From: Candidatus Sericytochromatia bacterium
Lineage (GTDB): Bacteria; Cyanobacteriota; Sericytochromatia; S15B-MN24; JAQBPE01
Direction of reading: 5' to 3'
Assembly (NCBI GenBank): GCA_035285125.1
Contig: JAYKHR010000045.1
Location: 214,691 to 278,690, forward strand
DNA: 64,000 nt
Made by a program: the position numbers and the translations under genes. Each line of letters begins with the position of its first letter. The first letter of the stretch is position 1. Positions 55,369 to 64,000 of this stretch are shown in pieces. Below the pieces are notes generated by a model. It had not been told where the DNA came from and made no database searches. It saw only the letters and a list, made by a program, of their open reading frames with translations.

Positions 55369-56373
55369 ATGGAGTTCGGCCTCGTTTTCCTCGGCACCTC
55401 CGGCGCCGTTCCCACCCCAGAGCGCGGCCTCTCCTCCACCCTCGTTCGGCGGGGTGGGGCGGGCGTGCTTGTCGACTGCGGCGAGGGGACCCAGCGTCAG
55501 CTGATGCGTGCCGGGGTGGGCATCAACCAGATCGACGTCGTCGCGCTGACGCACATGCACACGGATCACTACCTCGGCCTGCCTGGCATGCTCAAGACGT
55601 GGGAGTTGTGGGGGCGTCAGGAGCCCGTGGTCGTGTACGGCCCCAAGGGGCTGCACGCCATGGTGACCATGTTCAAGCGCATCATCGGCGCCATCAGCTT
55701 TCCCGTCACGTACCACGAGGTGGAGGCCGGCTGGCGCACGCACCTCGACGGCCTGGAACTCGAGGCCGTGCGGACGGACCACCGCGTGGCCTCCGTGGGG
55801 TGGGTCTTCCGCGAGGAGGCAAGGCCGGGGCGGTTCGATCCCGCGACGGCCGTCGCGCTGGGGGTCGAGCCAGGCCCCAGCTTCGGGTTGCTCCAGCGGG
55901 GCACGCCCGTGGCTGGGCTGCACGGCCTCGTGCTGCCCGAGCAGGTCATGGGGGCCGCGAGGCCAGGGCGCAAGCTCGTCGTCACCGGCGACACGCGGCC
56001 CTGTGACGAGGTCCTGCAGGCTTCCGTGGGGGCTGACGTGCTCGTCCATGATGCGACCTTCGCCGACGAGACCCTCGAGCGGGCCCGCGAGACCTACCAC
56101 TCGACCGCCCGGGAGGCGGCAGCCTTGGCGCTCGAGGCAGGCGTGGGGCTGCTGGCCCTCACCCACATCAGCTTCCGCCACTCGGCGCGGGAGCTGCTCG
56201 CGGAGGCGCGGGCCGTGAACCCGCGCGTGGTCCTGCCCAGCGACCTCGATCGGATCGAGGTGCCGTTCACCGAACGCGGCGCGCCCGTGCACATCGACCA
56301 CCGTGCGGAGCGTGCCGCCTTGCGCGCGGCGGAGGCTGCACGGCGCGCCCGCGGAGATTCGCCGTCCCGGTGA
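55369..56373 (+). CDS. rnz: ribonuclease Z
   Basis: FLGTSGAVP, DCGEGTQRQ, THMHTDH, GDTRP, HDATF, HST. Confidence 0.93.
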   Translation: MEFGLVFLGTSGAVPTPERGLSSTLVRRGGAGVLVDCGEGTQRQLMRAGVGINQIDVVALTHMHTDHYLGLPGMLKTWELWGRQEPVVVYGPKGLHAMVTMFKRIIGAISFPVTYHEVEAGWRTHLDGLELEAVRTDHRVASVGWVFREEARPGRFDPATAVALGVEPGPSFGLLQRGTPVAGLHGLVLPEQVMGAARPGRKLVVTGDTRPCDEVLQASVGADVLVHDATFADETLERARETYHSTAREAAALALEAGVGLLALTHISFRHSARELLAEARAVNPRVVLPSDLDRIEVPFTERGAPVHIDHRAERAALRAAEAARRARGDSPSR

Positions 56374-56457
56374 CGGTGTGCTGCTAGGACACCTGGCTTC
56401 CTTGGTATATGGGAAGGGTGGCGCCCGGGCGCCCACCTCGAGGAGGCTTGCCGCTCC

Positions 56458-57582
56458 GTGGAAGACAAGTGTGCTTACCACTCCCGCTCGCGTGCGGTGG
56501 CCCGATGCCTCGGCTGCAAGCAGCCCGTGTGTGCGACGTGCCGTGACGTGGGGGAGCGCGGGCTGTGCGTTCGATGCACCCGGCCGACGCAGGCCGATGC
56601 CAGCGGTGGACGGGCGGCGACCCAGCAGCGGTCGGAGCAGGTTGGGGGGGGCGAGCTCAGCCGGCCCGAGCCTGCAGGGCCCGCTCCTCGCAGGGACGGC
56701 TCCGCGCCGGGCGGTCCCCGGCAGGCGCCGCCGATCCCTGGGGCGCCCGGCATCAGGCCTGTGCCGCAAAGGGCGGAGCGAGCGGCTGCCGCCCCTCGAG
56801 CTGACGTGGTGTACTGCTTCCGGCACCGGGATATCCGGGCGGAGGCCTCCTGCAGCACGTGTCGTCGGCCCTGCTGTCCGGCGTGCCTCAACACCGTGGG
56901 GTTTTGTGGGTTGTGTGCCCAGCATAACGAGGAGGCCAGACGGCAGGCCTTCACCATCCCGGGCGCGGCAGAGGAAAGCCGACGGGAAGCGGGGCAGCAG
57001 CGTCGCGCGTGGGCCCAGCGGGGCGGATTGGTCTTGCTCGTGGTCTTGGGGGGCGGGTGGTGGGCTCATCGCCTGAAGCACCCCGTGGCTGAGGGGCCGG
57101 ACCCAGCCACCGCCGCGCTTCAGCGCCTGAAGTCCTCGGAGTTCTCGCCGCAGGAGCGGGCGATGATGGCGCAGTTGCGAAGTCAGCGTCGCGTGTCGAT
57201 GGCCGAACCCGTCCCGGACCAGCCTGCCAGGCGCGCCCCCGTGGCTCCGTTGGACGTACCGCCTGCCGTTCGCCAGCAGGCCCGCCAGGCGATGCTGGCG
57301 CACGCTGCGCCGGTGGGGCCCGTGTCGTTCCACTCGGTCGCCCCGGCGGATGGCGCCATCGTGGGAGGGCGGACCACCGTCCGGGCCTCCATCGGCGGCG
57401 CACCCACGCGTGTGGTCTGTGAAGTCGACGGCGTCGCCATCGGCACGGCTTCCGGGGCTGCGCCAGCGTTCTCGTGGAACACCCGCGCGTCCGGCAACGG
57501 CCCCCACCAGGTGACGCTGACGGCCACCGGCCCGGGGGGCACGAGCAACGTGACGCTGACGCTCAACGTCATGAATCGCTGA
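56458..57582 (+). CDS. membrane protein with two B-box-type zinc fingers and a C-terminal Ig-like domain
   Basis: CAYH..CLGCKQPVCATC; CFRH..CSTCRRPCCPAC; short TM; VDG..FSWNT..NGPHQVTLTA. Confidence 0.75.
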   Translation: MEDKCAYHSRSRAVARCLGCKQPVCATCRDVGERGLCVRCTRPTQADASGGRAATQQRSEQVGGGELSRPEPAGPAPRRDGSAPGGPRQAPPIPGAPGIRPVPQRAERAAAAPRADVVYCFRHRDIRAEASCSTCRRPCCPACLNTVGFCGLCAQHNEEARRQAFTIPGAAEESRREAGQQRRAWAQRGGLVLLVVLGGGWWAHRLKHPVAEGPDPATAALQRLKSSEFSPQERAMMAQLRSQRRVSMAEPVPDQPARRAPVAPLDVPPAVRQQARQAMLAHAAPVGPVSFHSVAPADGAIVGGRTTVRASIGGAPTRVVCEVDGVAIGTASGAAPAFSWNTRASGNGPHQVTLTATGPGGTSNVTLTLNVMNR

Positions 57583-57590
57583 GGCGACCC

Positions 57591-58316
57591 TCAGCGGCGG
57601 TATCTGGGCTCGTTCCGGGGGCGTCGGGGCTCTTGCCAACCCTTCGCGGTGCGCGCTGCCAGGCCCGCGGCGATGCCCGCCACGAACCCCCCGACGTGGG
57701 CAAACCAGGCGACGCCGCCGCCGGCGTCGGGCGCGCCGAGGCTCGCGAGGCCGTTGAAGGACTGCAAGGCGAACCAGAGGCCCAGGAATACGAAGGCAGG
57801 CACGCGAAGGTGCGTGATGAAGAAGCCCAGGAACAGCAGGGTGACGACGCGCGCCGTGGGGTGGAGCACCATGTAAGCCCCCAGCACCCCGCTGATGGCC
57901 CCGCTGGCCCCCACGACAGGCACCTCGCTGCCGGGAGCCGTCGCGACCTGGGCCAGGCCCGCGGCGACCCCGCAGGCCAGGTAGAACAGCGCGTAGCGCA
58001 GGTGGCCGAACTCGTCCTCGATGTTGTCGCCAAAGATGTGGAGGAACAGCATGTTGCCTCCAATATGCATCCACCCTCCGTGCAAAAACATAGAGGTGAC
58101 CACCGCCGCCATCTCCAGCAGCACCGTGGACCCCGCCGGGTGTTGGAGGGCCGCCATGAGCTCGCCTGGCACCAGTCCCCACGTGGCGAGGTGGCTCGCC
58201 AGGGCCGCCTGCGGCAGCGTGAGTTGATAGGCGAACGCCAGCACGTTGGCGGCCAGCAGGCCATAGGTCACCCACGGGGTGGTGCGGCGTGGGTTTTCGT
58301 CGCGGAGTGGCAGCAT
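57591..58316 (-). CDS. rhomboid intramembrane serine protease
   Basis: FLHGGWMHIGGNM, GASG, AHVGG. Confidence 0.95.
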   Translation of the reverse strand: MLPLRDENPRRTTPWVTYGLLAANVLAFAYQLTLPQAALASHLATWGLVPGELMAALQHPAGSTVLLEMAAVVTSMFLHGGWMHIGGNMLFLHIFGDNIEDEFGHLRYALFYLACGVAAGLAQVATAPGSEVPVVGASGAISGVLGAYMVLHPTARVVTLLFLGFFITHLRVPAFVFLGLWFALQSFNGLASLGAPDAGGGVAWFAHVGGFVAGIAAGLAARTAKGWQEPRRPRNEPRYRR

Positions 58317-58420
58317 GGTCAGCCTCCCATCGGCACACCTGCAGCATGCCACGGCTCCGGGCCGCTGGAAACCTGTTAAGATCTCGGGCGGGGCGGTGCC
58401 CGGACGAGGAGGACACGCGC

Positions 58421-59431
58421 GTGGATTCGGTGAGCAACGTGGCCGGGTTGGGGCAGGTGGCCGAGCTGTTGCGGTCCCATGACCGCTTCTTGATCGTGCC
58501 CCACATCGCCCCGGATCCGGACGCCTTCGGCTCCACCCTCGCGCTGGCCCGCCTCCTCACGCGGTTGGGTAAGCAGGCCGTCGTCTTTTGCGACGAGCCG
58601 GTGCCCGGCAACTGCACCTTCCTGACGCGCTGCTTCCCGGTGAGCCGGGAGCTTCCCCCGGATGCGCGAGAGTGGAAGCTGCTGTTTCTCGACGGGGGCG
58701 AGCGCCACCGCCAGATCGAGACGACGCGCGACTGGCCGACGTGGCTGAACCTCGATCACCACCTCGACAACGGGCGGTTCGCCGAGTGGATCTATGTGGA
58801 CACCCGGGCGGCTGCGACCTCCCTGATTGTGGCCCAGTTGCAGCCTCACCTCGGCATCGACCTCGACCCGGAGACGGCCACGTGCCTGTTCACCGGCATC
58901 CTGTTCGACACCCGGGGCGGCTTCATCACGGACAGGTGCGATGCCGCCCTGTTTGCCGAGGTTGCCCGTCTGGTGGCCGCCGGGGCGCGCCCCGATGAGG
59001 TCAACAGGGAGCTCCACGAGCAGGTGGGCCTGCGAGACCTGCAGGTCTACGGCGAGGGCCTGGCAGGGCTGCGGACCAGCCTCGATGGCAAGGTCGTATA
59101 CGCCTGCCTGACCCGTGCCCTGCTCGCGCAGGCCGCGGATGCCGACCAGCCCACGGAGCTGCTCACGCAGCACCTCCCCAAGATCCGCGGCGGCGAGGTC
59201 TATGTCCTGTTCAAGGAATCGGCCAAGGGGGGCGTGAAGATCAGCCTCCGCTCCAAGGGGCGTGTTGCCGTGAACGTCATCGCCAAGCAGTTTGGTGGTG
59301 GCGGCCACCTGTTTGCGGCCGGGGCGCGCCACGGCTCTGACCTGGAGGCTGCCGTCGCCGCCGTCATTCCAGCCTGTGAGGAGGCCGTGCGGCAGCAACT
59401 GGGCCTGGTTGCGCCTGTCGAAGCGCCATGA
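58421..59431 (+). CDS. nrnA: DHH/DHHA1 phosphoesterase (NrnA-like)
   Basis: PDPDAFGS, LDHH, SLRS, GGGGH..AAG. Confidence 0.88.
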   Translation: MDSVSNVAGLGQVAELLRSHDRFLIVPHIAPDPDAFGSTLALARLLTRLGKQAVVFCDEPVPGNCTFLTRCFPVSRELPPDAREWKLLFLDGGERHRQIETTRDWPTWLNLDHHLDNGRFAEWIYVDTRAAATSLIVAQLQPHLGIDLDPETATCLFTGILFDTRGGFITDRCDAALFAEVARLVAAGARPDEVNRELHEQVGLRDLQVYGEGLAGLRTSLDGKVVYACLTRALLAQAADADQPTELLTQHLPKIRGGEVYVLFKESAKGGVKISLRSKGRVAVNVIAKQFGGGGHLFAAGARHGSDLEAAVAAVIPACEEAVRQQLGLVAPVEAP

Positions 59432-60456
59432 CCACCGCCGCGCCCAAGCTCGCCTCCGCCTGCGCCGACCTCCGCAGCCTCGCGGTTGCGGGGACAGCCA
59501 AGAACGCCGGCAAGACGACGGCCTTGAACCACCTCGTCGCCCACTTCGGGCTTGCCGGTGAGCGGCTTGGGCTGTCTTCCGTGGGCCGCGACGGCGAGGC
59601 TGTCGATCAGATCACCAACAGGCCGAAGCCCCGCATCAAGCCCCCCGTGGGCTCCCTGGTGGCCACGTCGCACGAGTCTGCCCTGTACTCGCAGGCCACC
59701 CTGGAGCCTGTTGCCACCACGCCCTTCCGAACGGCCCTGGGGCCGGTTGGGATCTACCGTGTGGTGCATCCTGGCTTCGTGGAGGTTGCCGGCCCGGTGA
59801 AGGTCCGAGAGGCCGCTGCGCTGCTCGGACAGCTGGCCTCGCTGGGCTGCACCAAGATCCTGCTGGATGGCGCGGCCGATCGTCGGGCCTTCATTGCCTC
59901 CGGCGTCGACGGCTTCGTGCTGGCGACCGGGCTCGTGCTGGCGGAGTCTCCGCAGGGGGTCGTGGAGGAGACGCGCGCCGTGCTGGCGAGGCTGTCGCTC
60001 CCGGCCCCGCGTGCCAGCTGGACCGAGGCTTGCCGCGCGCATCAGGCGCCTGGCGCGATCACGGACCACGGTTTCCAGCCTTGGGAGGGCCCGTCCTTTA
60101 TGGCCGGGCTGGAACGCCTGGGGGCCTGGCTCCCCGACTCCGCCCGTGCGCTGTATGTCCCGGGCGCTCTGGCTGACGGGCTGGTGGAGGTCTTGCTGGC
60201 CCTGCGCCGCCCTGTTGACCTGATCGTGCCTGCCGGGACCCACGTCCTGGCCTCGCGGGCCCTGCTGGAGCGGCTGGCCGCAAGGGGCCAGGCCTGCTTT
60301 GCGCTGCAACCGCTGCGCGCCGTTGCCATCACGGTGAATCCGACGGCCCCCGACGGCCGCGAGGTGGAGTCCGACGGGCTGCGCGCCAGGCTTCAGGACG
60401 CCTTCCCAGAGCTTCCCGTGATCGATGTCTGCCGGACGGAGCCGGGCCTCAGCTGA
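59428..60456 (+). CDS. KamB-like P-loop protein associated with lysine 5,6-aminomutase
   Basis: GTAKNAGKTT, SSVGRDGE..KPRI, LLDGAADR, TVNP; ATGA overlap with nrnA; near kamDE. Confidence 0.7.
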   Translation: MTTAAPKLASACADLRSLAVAGTAKNAGKTTALNHLVAHFGLAGERLGLSSVGRDGEAVDQITNRPKPRIKPPVGSLVATSHESALYSQATLEPVATTPFRTALGPVGIYRVVHPGFVEVAGPVKVREAAALLGQLASLGCTKILLDGAADRRAFIASGVDGFVLATGLVLAESPQGVVEETRAVLARLSLPAPRASWTEACRAHQAPGAITDHGFQPWEGPSFMAGLERLGAWLPDSARALYVPGALADGLVEVLLALRRPVDLIVPAGTHVLASRALLERLAARGQACFALQPLRAVAITVNPTAPDGREVESDGLRARLQDAFPELPVIDVCRTEPGLS

Positions 60457-61003
60457 GCGGCTCCGTGGCCACGGCCTGCTCCAGCGTCGCGATGGCCTGC
60501 GCCGTCCACTCGTTGTAGAGGTCGTACTGGCGGCGCCCCAGGTCGAGCACCAGCCGCATGCCAAGGGCACGATCGCCCGCGCTGGAGGGAGCCGCGAGCC
60601 CCTCCAGTGCCTCCTCGACCTGCTCGAGCCGCTGCGCGAGCTCGGTCTGGAGGGCCCGCAGGCGGGCGAGGCCTGCCTGCGGCGGCAGCGCGCCGAGAGA
60701 CCAGATCCGCATCAGGAGGGGGTCCTTGACCGAGCGCCGCTCCGCGTCGCTCGCGACCCAGGCTTCCAGGGATGCCCGCCCGTCGCGCGTCAGCGTGTAC
60801 ACCTTCTTGTTTGGCTTCGAGACCTGGGTGATCACCTCGTAAGTCACGAGGCCTTCCAGGCTCAGCTGGGCGAGCTCGGGGTAGATCTGGCTGTGCTTGG
60901 CCGCCCAGAAGAACCCCACCATGGTCTCGAACCGCTTCGTGAGGTCGTAGCCCGTCAGGGCATCCCTGGACAGCAAGCTGAGGATGGCATACCGGAGAGA
61001 CAT
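60449..61003 (-). CDS. PadR-family transcriptional regulator
   Basis: LRYAILSLL, TGYDL, HSQIYPEL, PNKKVYTLT. Confidence 0.92.
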   Translation of the reverse strand: MSLRYAILSLLSRDALTGYDLTKRFETMVGFFWAAKHSQIYPELAQLSLEGLVTYEVITQVSKPNKKVYTLTRDGRASLEAWVASDAERRSVKDPLLMRIWSLGALPPQAGLARLRALQTELAQRLEQVEEALEGLAAPSSAGDRALGMRLVLDLGRRQYDLYNEWTAQAIATLEQAVATEPLS

Positions 61004-61237
61004 CGGAGGCTCGCGGGGCGTGGGGAAGCAAGAGGCGACATACAATGGACCGCCCCCGATGTTTCCATAACCGGATAATCGGTGTCAAGTCGGCAATTTT
61101 TTGGTGCGGGCGCCAGCCCCGCGCCAGGCCACCGAAGCCTTTCCAAAAGGGCTGCGTGCGGCTTAAAATGTGGCCTGACGCCCGGAGCGTCGACGCGCAA
61201 CGTCGCGCGAGGCGCCTTGTCCGTCCGGAGGGAAGCC

Positions 61238-62806
61238 ATGCACCTGCCCATCGACAGGACCTTGGTCGAGGACGCCCGGGGGCTTGCGAGCCGCATCGTG
61301 GACCGGGTGATGGACTACATCCGGGCGCACTCCACGGTCTCGATCGAGCGCGCGGCCCTGCGGTTGCTGGCGGTGGACGGGGTCGACGTTGAGGACGTGC
61401 CGTGGCCGAACCGCACCGTTGATGCGGTGCAGGCGGCTGGCCTGCTGCCTCGCGGGGTGTGTCATTGGCTGGCTGCCGTTTGCCTTGCGAAGGGCCTCGA
61501 GCCCCAGGCTGCCGCCGAGTTCATTGCCACCGCGCCCGTTGAGGCCTGGGCGACGCTTGAGGTCTCCGACGAGGCTCGCGAGGCCTGGGTTGCGGTGCGG
61601 GTTCACGGCGCCCTCGACGCGCTGGCGGAGGCCCGGCGTGCCCGGGCTGCGCGGCGGGACCGGCTCGGGCAGGGGCCAGCGCCGCTGCGCTACCTCATCG
61701 TGGCCACAGGCAACATCCATGAGGACGTGCCGCAGGCTGTGGCGGCCGCCAAGCAGGGCGCCGACATCATCGCCGTCATCCGTGCGACGGCCCAGAGCCT
61801 GCTGGACTTCGTGCCCCACGGCACGACGGCCGAAGGCTCTGGCGGCACCTACGCCACGGCAGCCAACTTCAGGCTGCTGCGGGAGGCCCTGGACGAGGTC
61901 TCCGAAGAGCTGGGGCGCTACGTGCAGGCCACCAACTATGCCTCAGGCCTCTGCATGCCCGAGATTTCCGTGCTGGCTGCCCAGGAAGGGCTGGACATGC
62001 TCCTCAACGATGCGCTTTACGGCATCCTGTTCCGCGACATCAACCTGTACCGCACGCTCACCGACCAGTACTTCTCGCGCCTGGTCAACGGATTTGCAGG
62101 CATTCTTATCAACACGGGGGAGGACAACTACCTCACCACGGCCGATGCCATCGAGGCGGGACACACCGTGCTGGCGAGCCAGTTCATCAACGAGCGGTTC
62201 GCCCTCGAGGCAGGGATTCCCACCCACCTGATGGGGCTCGGCCACGCCTTCGAAATCGACCCGACGCGGGAAAACGGGTTCCTTGACGAACTCGCGATGG
62301 CCCAGCTGGTGCGGCAGGTCTTCCCGGACCACCCCTTGAAGTACATGCCGCCCACCAAGCACATCACGGGCAACATCTTCCAGTCCTATGCCCACCAGAC
62401 GATGTACAACCTCGCCACCGTGCTCACTCGGCAGTCGATCTGTCTCCTGGGCATCCTTACCGAGGCCATCCACACTCCCTTCGTGGCCGACCGCTACCTG
62501 GCGCTTCGCAACATGACCTACATCGAAAACTTCTCGCGGGACCTGGTCGGCGAGTTCGACCTCAGCGCGGATGGTCGCATCGCGCGGCGGGCCGACCTGG
62601 TGCTGCGCGAGGCCGTGGCCCAGCTCCGGCACATCGATGAGGTCGGGCTCGTGGCGGCCCTCGGCGAGGGCTGTTTCGCCGACGTGAAGCGGTTGCCCGA
62701 GGGAGGCAAGGGCCTGGAGGGGGTGTTCAAAAAGGCGCCGGATTACCACAACCCCTTCTGGGCTGAGCTCGAGCGTCGGGCCACCAGCAGGCCGGTCCCG
62801 GCTTGA
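61238..62806 (+). CDS. kamD: lysine 5,6-aminomutase alpha subunit
   Basis: IVATGNIHED, NYASGLCMPEI, NDALYGILFRDIN, KYMPPTK. Confidence 0.95.
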   Translation: MHLPIDRTLVEDARGLASRIVDRVMDYIRAHSTVSIERAALRLLAVDGVDVEDVPWPNRTVDAVQAAGLLPRGVCHWLAAVCLAKGLEPQAAAEFIATAPVEAWATLEVSDEAREAWVAVRVHGALDALAEARRARAARRDRLGQGPAPLRYLIVATGNIHEDVPQAVAAAKQGADIIAVIRATAQSLLDFVPHGTTAEGSGGTYATAANFRLLREALDEVSEELGRYVQATNYASGLCMPEISVLAAQEGLDMLLNDALYGILFRDINLYRTLTDQYFSRLVNGFAGILINTGEDNYLTTADAIEAGHTVLASQFINERFALEAGIPTHLMGLGHAFEIDPTRENGFLDELAMAQLVRQVFPDHPLKYMPPTKHITGNIFQSYAHQTMYNLATVLTRQSICLLGILTEAIHTPFVADRYLALRNMTYIENFSRDLVGEFDLSADGRIARRADLVLREAVAQLRHIDEVGLVAALGEGCFADVKRLPEGGKGLEGVFKKAPDYHNPFWAELERRATSRPVPA

Positions 62807-62826
62807 AGGCTCCAGGAGGGCTCGCC

Positions 62827-63630
62827 ATGAAGACGTCCGCCAGCTCCAACCGCGGTGCCGCCCCGGCGCCCGTCAACCTTCGGGCCGTGAAGGCCTATGG
62901 CGACACGCTCGATGACGGCGCCATGCAGTTCAGCTTCTGTCTGCCGGTGCCGGCCGGACGCCAGGCCGAGGAGGCTGCGAAGATCCTGCTGGCGCGGCTG
63001 GGCCTTGAAGAGCCCCTCGTCACAGCCATGGAAAGCATGGGGCCGGGCCTCACCATGTTTGTCGCCTACGCCCGCTGCCCGATCGCCGTGGACTACGCGT
63101 CCATTGACGTTCCGCTCGCCCGGTTCCCGGTGCTGGACATGGACGGCGTGGATGCCCTCGTCGAACGCGAACTCGGGCGCCCCCTCACCGTCATTGGGGC
63201 GTGCATCGGCACGGACGCCCACACCGTGGGGATCGACGCCATCATGAACATGAAAGGATACGGCGGCCACTATGGCCTCGAGCGGTACCGCATGTTCAAC
63301 GCGATCAACATGGGCGCGCAGGTGCCCAACGAGGTCCTCGTCGCGCGTGCGCGTGCCGAGCAGGCGGACGCCTTGCTGGTGTCTCAGATCGTCACGCAGA
63401 AGAACGCCCATATCACCAACATGACCCAGCTTGTGGAGATGCTGGAGGCGGAAGGTCTCCGCGACGGCCTCGTGCTGATTGCGGGGGGGCCCCGCATCTC
63501 GCACCAGCTTGCCACCGAGCTCGGCTTTGACGCCGGCTTCGGCCCTGGGACCTTTGCCGAGGACGTGGCGAGCTTCGTGGCCTTCGAGGTGCTGCGGCGA
63601 GCGGGCAAGGGCCCCGCCGCGGAAGGCTGA
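62827..63630 (+). CDS. kamE: lysine 5,6-aminomutase beta subunit (B12-binding)
   Basis: YGDTLDDG, DAHTVGIDAIMNMKG (DxHxxG plus PLP Lys), SQIVTQ; SD AGGAGG. Confidence 0.95.
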   Translation: MKTSASSNRGAAPAPVNLRAVKAYGDTLDDGAMQFSFCLPVPAGRQAEEAAKILLARLGLEEPLVTAMESMGPGLTMFVAYARCPIAVDYASIDVPLARFPVLDMDGVDALVERELGRPLTVIGACIGTDAHTVGIDAIMNMKGYGGHYGLERYRMFNAINMGAQVPNEVLVARARAEQADALLVSQIVTQKNAHITNMTQLVEMLEAEGLRDGLVLIAGGPRISHQLATELGFDAGFGPGTFAEDVASFVAFEVLRRAGKGPAAEG

Positions 63631-63670
63631 CCAGCACGGATCTGGCCACCCCGCTTTTTGATGTTGTGGG

Positions 63671-63699
63671 TTGACAGTGCCGGCCAGGTCTGTCATCAT
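63671..63699 (+). promoter_or_regulatory. rRNA operon promoter
   Basis: TTGACA-17 nt-(TGt)CATCAT with T-rich upstream element. Confidence 0.6.
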
Positions 63700-63770
63700 A
63701 AAAATCCACCGAGCAAAGTTAAGCCTGGACCAAGGGTTCCCCAAGGAACAGTTAACCGCCCGGTATATCA

Positions 63771-63790
63771 GGACCTTGACAACTGAATAG
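63771..63790 (+). promoter_or_regulatory. boxA-like antitermination/processing element in the rRNA leader
   Basis: GGACCTTGACAACTGAATAG preceded by the small hairpin GTTCC-CCAA-GGAAC. Confidence 0.6.
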
Positions 63791-63883
63791 CCAAGCGAAC
63801 GCACCAAGCTCTTGTCGATTCAAGAAGAGAGCAAAAAGAGAGCTAGCCTTCAACGCGAGTTGAAGCTGACTCACCGAGAATAT

Positions 63884-64000
63884 TTCTTGGAGAGTTTGAT
63901 CCTGGCTCAGGACGAACGCTGGCGGCGTGCTTAACACATGCAAGTCGAACGAAGCAGCAATGCTTAGTGGCGGACGGGTGAGTAACGCGTAGGTAACCTG
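63884..64000 (+). rRNA. rrs: 16S rRNA, 5' end (partial)
   Basis: AGAGTTTGATCCTGGCTCAG at 63891, AACACATGCAAGTCGAAC, GGCGGACGGGTGAGTAA. Confidence 0.99.

Noticed and set aside
55354..58617. Very long alternative-frame ORFs (1087 aa here; also 28729-31455, 13533-15692, 33574-35178)
   Set aside because: They overlap well-supported genes, are rich in Arg/Gly/Ala/Pro or mirror-codon residues with no motifs, and are expected at this GC content
1..64000. HIP1 (GCGATCGC) enrichment as a cyanobacterial signature
   Set aside because: The scattered copies I noticed fit Ala-Ile-Ala codons in GC-rich genes; enrichment cannot be claimed without a count against a Markov background

Overview
GC-rich (roughly 70% by eye), gene-dense bacterial chromosomal window. 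It holds about 63 CDS, one tRNA (CAT anticodon, Ile2-type) and the 5' end of a 16S rRNA gene. I found no transposase, integrase, prophage or CRISPR array. Core genes include PBP1A, hutI, panB, trpS, rluB, rodZ, ugd, bcp, an mntR-troABCD-type Mn/Zn uptake operon, infA, a SWIM-SNF2 helicase, hisJ, dapD-dapE, dgt-dnaG-rpoD, recN, DUF47-pit, rnz, a rhomboid, nrnA and kamB-like/kamD/kamE. Several proteins look cyanobacterial (DgdA-like glycosyltransferase, Cdv3-like tail, histidine-kinase style, short 16S V1), yet no photosystem genes occur. This suggests, by inference only, a non-photosynthetic relative such as Ca. Sericytochromatia. The most interesting candidates are: an exported ankyrin protein with a 152-aa His-periodic repeat near the metal-uptake operon; a secreted DA1-like LIM metallopeptidase; a soluble phosphorelay locus built from dead HD-GYP/PilZ domains and a half Ser/Thr kinase; a dgdA/MamC-like divergon with phased TTAA boxes; a RodZ-HTH::Cdv3-like fusion; and structured leaders upstream of hutI and infA. 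All family assignments come from motif recognition by eye; no database search was run.
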